Under the pieces are notes generated by a model. It searched no databases, was not told where the DNA came from, and saw only the letters and a list, made by a program, of their open reading frames with translations. From Sumerlaeia bacterium (GTDB taxonomy: Bacteria > Sumerlaeota > Sumerlaeia > SLMS01 > JAHLLQ01): 17,105 nt of DNA. Positions 15,301 through 17,105 of the stretch are shown one piece after another; the stretch's first letter is position 1, and each line of letters starts with the position of its first letter. Location: contig JAVJSW010000079.1 of NCBI GenBank assembly GCA_040219255.1, positions 1-17,105 of the forward strand, given 5' to 3'. The translations under genes and the position numbers were made by a program.

Positions 15301-16998
15301 GCTGGTACGACCACGACCTACGGCATGGAGCTGTGCTTCGGCAGCGGCGGCGGTACGCCGACACCCACCCCGACGGCGACCCCGACAGCCACGCCTACGC
15401 CTACACCCACATCCACTCCCACTCCGACCCCGACTCCGGGTCCGGAGGTTTGCGAGACGGTGCCGGGCGCGACGAAAGCGAACGATTTCGATTTGGCTCG
15501 TGGCGCGATCTTCACGGTGAGCAGCGCCACCACCTTGGCGAATTTCTCCATGGACCTGGTTCCGCTCTTCGGCGACCTGTCGGCTAACGTCGAGTTCTTC
15601 GTCCTCAGCGGTCCTTCGTCGAGCGGCCCGTGGTCATCGGCGTTCTCGGCCCCGGTGACGATCGATGCCGGCCGCCAATTGTACAATTCTGGCCCGGTGA
15701 GCCTGGCGGTCAACCCGGGGACGTTCTACGCCGCCGGCGTGTCCTGGACCGGCTCGGAAAACGTGCGGTATTTCTACACGTCCGGCGGCGCGCCCGCGGC
15801 ATTCGCGACGGTGCCGGGCACACTCGAGGGCGGCTTCCAATCCGCCTCGAGCAATGAGCTGCTCGGTGTGGGAACGACCACGACCTATGGCATGGAGCTG
15901 TGCTTCGGCAGCGGCGGTGCAACCCCGACGCCCACGCCCACTGCAACCCCGACGGCGACGCCCACGGCAACTCCGACGGCGACCCCGACCCCGACGCCGA
16001 CGCCGGGACCCACGGTCTGCGAGCCGGTGGCGGGCGCGACGAAGGCGAACGATTTCGACTTGTCGCGCGGCGCGATCTTCACCGTCGGCAGCGCCACCAC
16101 GCTGGCGAACTTCTCCATGGATCTGGTTCCGCTGTTCGATGACTTGTCGGCCAACGTCGAGTTCTTCGTGCTCAGCGGTCCGACCTCCAGCGGCCCCTGG
16201 AGCCAGGTCTTCTCGGTCCCGGTGACCATCAACTCTGGCCGCCAGTTCTACAACTCGGGCGCCGCCAACGTGGCGGTGAACCCAGGAACGTTCTACGCGG
16301 CGGGCGCGTCCTGGCCGGGGACGGAAAACGTGCGGTTCTTCTACACCAGCGGCAACGCGCCGTTCGCCTTTGGCACGGTGGCTGGCACGCTCGAGGACGG
16401 TTTCCAGTCGGCCAGCAGCAATCCGCTGCTGGGTGCTGGTACGACCACGACCTACGGCATGGAGTTGTGCTTCGGTAGCGGCGGCGCCACGCCCACACCC
16501 ACGCCGACTCCGACGCCGACTCCGGTGCCGGGCGTTTGCGAACCGGTGGCGGGCGCGACGAAGGCCAACGATGTGGACCTGGCTCGCGGCGCGATCTTCA
16601 CCGTCAGCAGCGGACAGACCCTGTCGAGCTTCTCGATGGACCTGGTGCCGCTCTTCGACGACCTGTCGGCCAACGTCGAGTTCTTCGTGCTTAGCGGTCC
16701 CTCCACGAGCGGCCCCTGGTCGACGGCGTTCTCGGCTCCCGTGACCATCAATGCCGGGCGCCAGTTCTACAGCTCGGGCGCCGCCAACGTGGCGGTGACT
16801 CCGGGGACGTTCTATGCCGCGGGCGTTTCGTGGCCTGGGACGGAGAACGTGCGCTACTTCTTCACGACGAGCAGCGCTCCCTCGGCCTTCGGCACGGTGC
16901 CGGGCACGATCGAGGGCGGCTTCCAGTCGGCCAGCAGCAATGCGTTGCTCGGCAGCGGAACCACCACGACCTACGGCATGGAGCTGTGCTTCAACTAA
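12364..16998 (+). CDS. Large secreted trypsin-fold serine protease (lysyl endopeptidase/S1D-like) with BACON-like domain, beta-sandwich domain and 4 tandem C-terminal repeats, ~1544 aa
   Basis: GAGGAG then ATG 12364. Signal peptide ending AVWA and a long prodomain. CSGGLL; triad TANHC (His 13381), SSDF (Asp 13525), GGSSGSP (Ser 13762). BACON-like NSGAGTLNYTISDNAAWL at ~13927-14235. FSDGFESG...FFFDDINV domain at ~14248-14766. PT linkers. Confidence 0.88.
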   Translation: MVTRDVPEEGSTSSSFWRRSGAAVLPAVLLAVTTSGAVWAQNAPQAFPAARGPVPLALAKPEAQHQVIAARMASAAAMLESSRPEAIFAEGVSAVLPPEEVAAIYNQEECATCQSAGGSSGTKALKVGGSVETNLTVDFSLLPGDLSSPVPFASGVAQTMTDGSFAWTLPVVSEGVEAVRLHLTGVALPGGVELYIASDFGEVHGPYTGKGPVGTGEIWTNSVMGSEGYLELRADAGAYENLLQDVSFTIESVGLVVDFTPLDGVTSQPTGVPPTTACGLESCFRDANCYSTADWAEIDDAKLGMAHMLFSVDGGFFVCSGGLLTTTNGPTSDYFLTANHCLSTQASATSLECYFQYYTSACGGTCPNRSTAPRTIGSTLLATNASSDFTFVELSQAPPVNAVFLGWNSNNITNTNGIDLYRLSHPSGNPMFYSTSTTSGSFVCGGLPRADFLYSTATEGAIRGGSSGSPVLNVAGQVVGQLFGVCGTDISDFCNSSTQEQVDGAFSTTFASIGVYVNPTGPVLTLSTSEIELNTTTCGGSAPASTFSVENSGAGTLNYTISDNAAWLTTNPSSGSLASAASDLIDVTTDLTGLAPGLHTATITVTDPAAANSPANITVNLLIIAPASLPFSDGFESGSFGTMWSATGTNTHFTEVVNNTLGTPNSGSFHVLMDSDESGVFARNELTLHIDAAGYTNLSLSFHMAESNDEDHPLAANPFVNGADFDGVAISTDGVNWHLIQSLLSGNGISNTYQQFIVDLDQALANAGLSATDCLRIRFNHYDNFPYNSDGFFFDDINVTGTAVTPTPSPTPTDTPTPTPTPTATPTPTPTPTPTPGPTVCEPVAGATKTNDVNLSRGGIFTVSSATTLANFSMDLVPLFGDLSANVEFFVLSGPSTSGPWTQVFSAPVTINSGRQFYNSGAANVAVNPGTFYAAGVSWPGTENVRYFFTSGNAPFAFGTVAGTLQGGFQSASSNPLLGAGTTTTYGMELCFGSGGGTPTPTPTATPTATPTPTPTSTPTPTPTPGPEVCETVPGATKANDFDLARGAIFTVSSATTLANFSMDLVPLFGDLSANVEFFVLSGPSSSGPWSSAFSAPVTIDAGRQLYNSGPVSLAVNPGTFYAAGVSWTGSENVRYFYTSGGAPAAFATVPGTLEGGFQSASSNELLGVGTTTTYGMELCFGSGGATPTPTPTATPTATPTATPTATPTPTPTPGPTVCEPVAGATKANDFDLSRGAIFTVGSATTLANFSMDLVPLFDDLSANVEFFVLSGPTSSGPWSQVFSVPVTINSGRQFYNSGAANVAVNPGTFYAAGASWPGTENVRFFYTSGNAPFAFGTVAGTLEDGFQSASSNPLLGAGTTTTYGMELCFGSGGATPTPTPTPTPTPVPGVCEPVAGATKANDVDLARGAIFTVSSGQTLSSFSMDLVPLFDDLSANVEFFVLSGPSTSGPWSTAFSAPVTINAGRQFYSSGAANVAVTPGTFYAAGVSWPGTENVRYFFTTSSAPSAFGTVPGTIEGGFQSASSNALLGSGTTTTYGMELCFN
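14881..16992 (+). repeat. Four intragenic 459-bp (153-aa) repeats separated by Pro-Thr linkers
   Basis: Units at 14881-15339, 15448-15906, 16015-16473 and 16534-16992, each VC...GMELCF with no indels. Confidence 0.97.
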
Positions 16999-17065
16999 AC
17001 CGGGCGCCAGCGCGGGCCCGCAGAGGGCTCGCGTGAACCGCTCACGACTCGACCGATGACAGCCC

Positions 17066-17102
17066 CGCCCCCGGAAAGCGTCCCGCTTTCCGGGGGCGTT
17101 TT
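17066..17102 (+). terminator. Intrinsic terminator after the protease gene
   Basis: Perfect 15-bp stem CGCCCCCGGAAAGCG/CGCTTTCCGGGGGCG with TCC loop, followed by TTTT. Confidence 0.85.
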
Positions 17103-17105
17103 CGT

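Noticed and set aside
14881-16992. Diversity-generating retroelement TR/VR pair or CRISPR array
   Set aside because: The repeats are in-frame protein domains. Differences are not adenine-specific and many are synonymous. No reverse transcriptase, cas genes or spacer structure are present.

Overview
GC-rich bacterial window. Its core is a complete phosphate-starvation locus: phoB-phoR, then pstS-pstC-pstA-pstB-phoU, all on the + strand. An ankyrin-repeat gene and a ~190-bp inverted-repeat element interrupt the locus between phoR and pstS. Upstream lie the 5' end of a divergent secreted-protein gene (missing from the ORF track), a highly structured ~230-nt non-coding segment ending in a terminator-like hairpin (6S-RNA-like, or an attenuator), and an orphan excisionase-type HTH gene. 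Downstream lie a convergent membrane protein with a Pro/Tyr-rich tail and a ~1540-aa secreted trypsin-fold (lysyl-endopeptidase-like) protease. The protease ends in four exact-length 153-aa Cys-bracketed repeats of an unrecognised domain joined by Pro-Thr linkers. No CRISPR array, tRNA, rRNA, integrase or transposase is visible. All calls come from reading the sequence; no searches were run.
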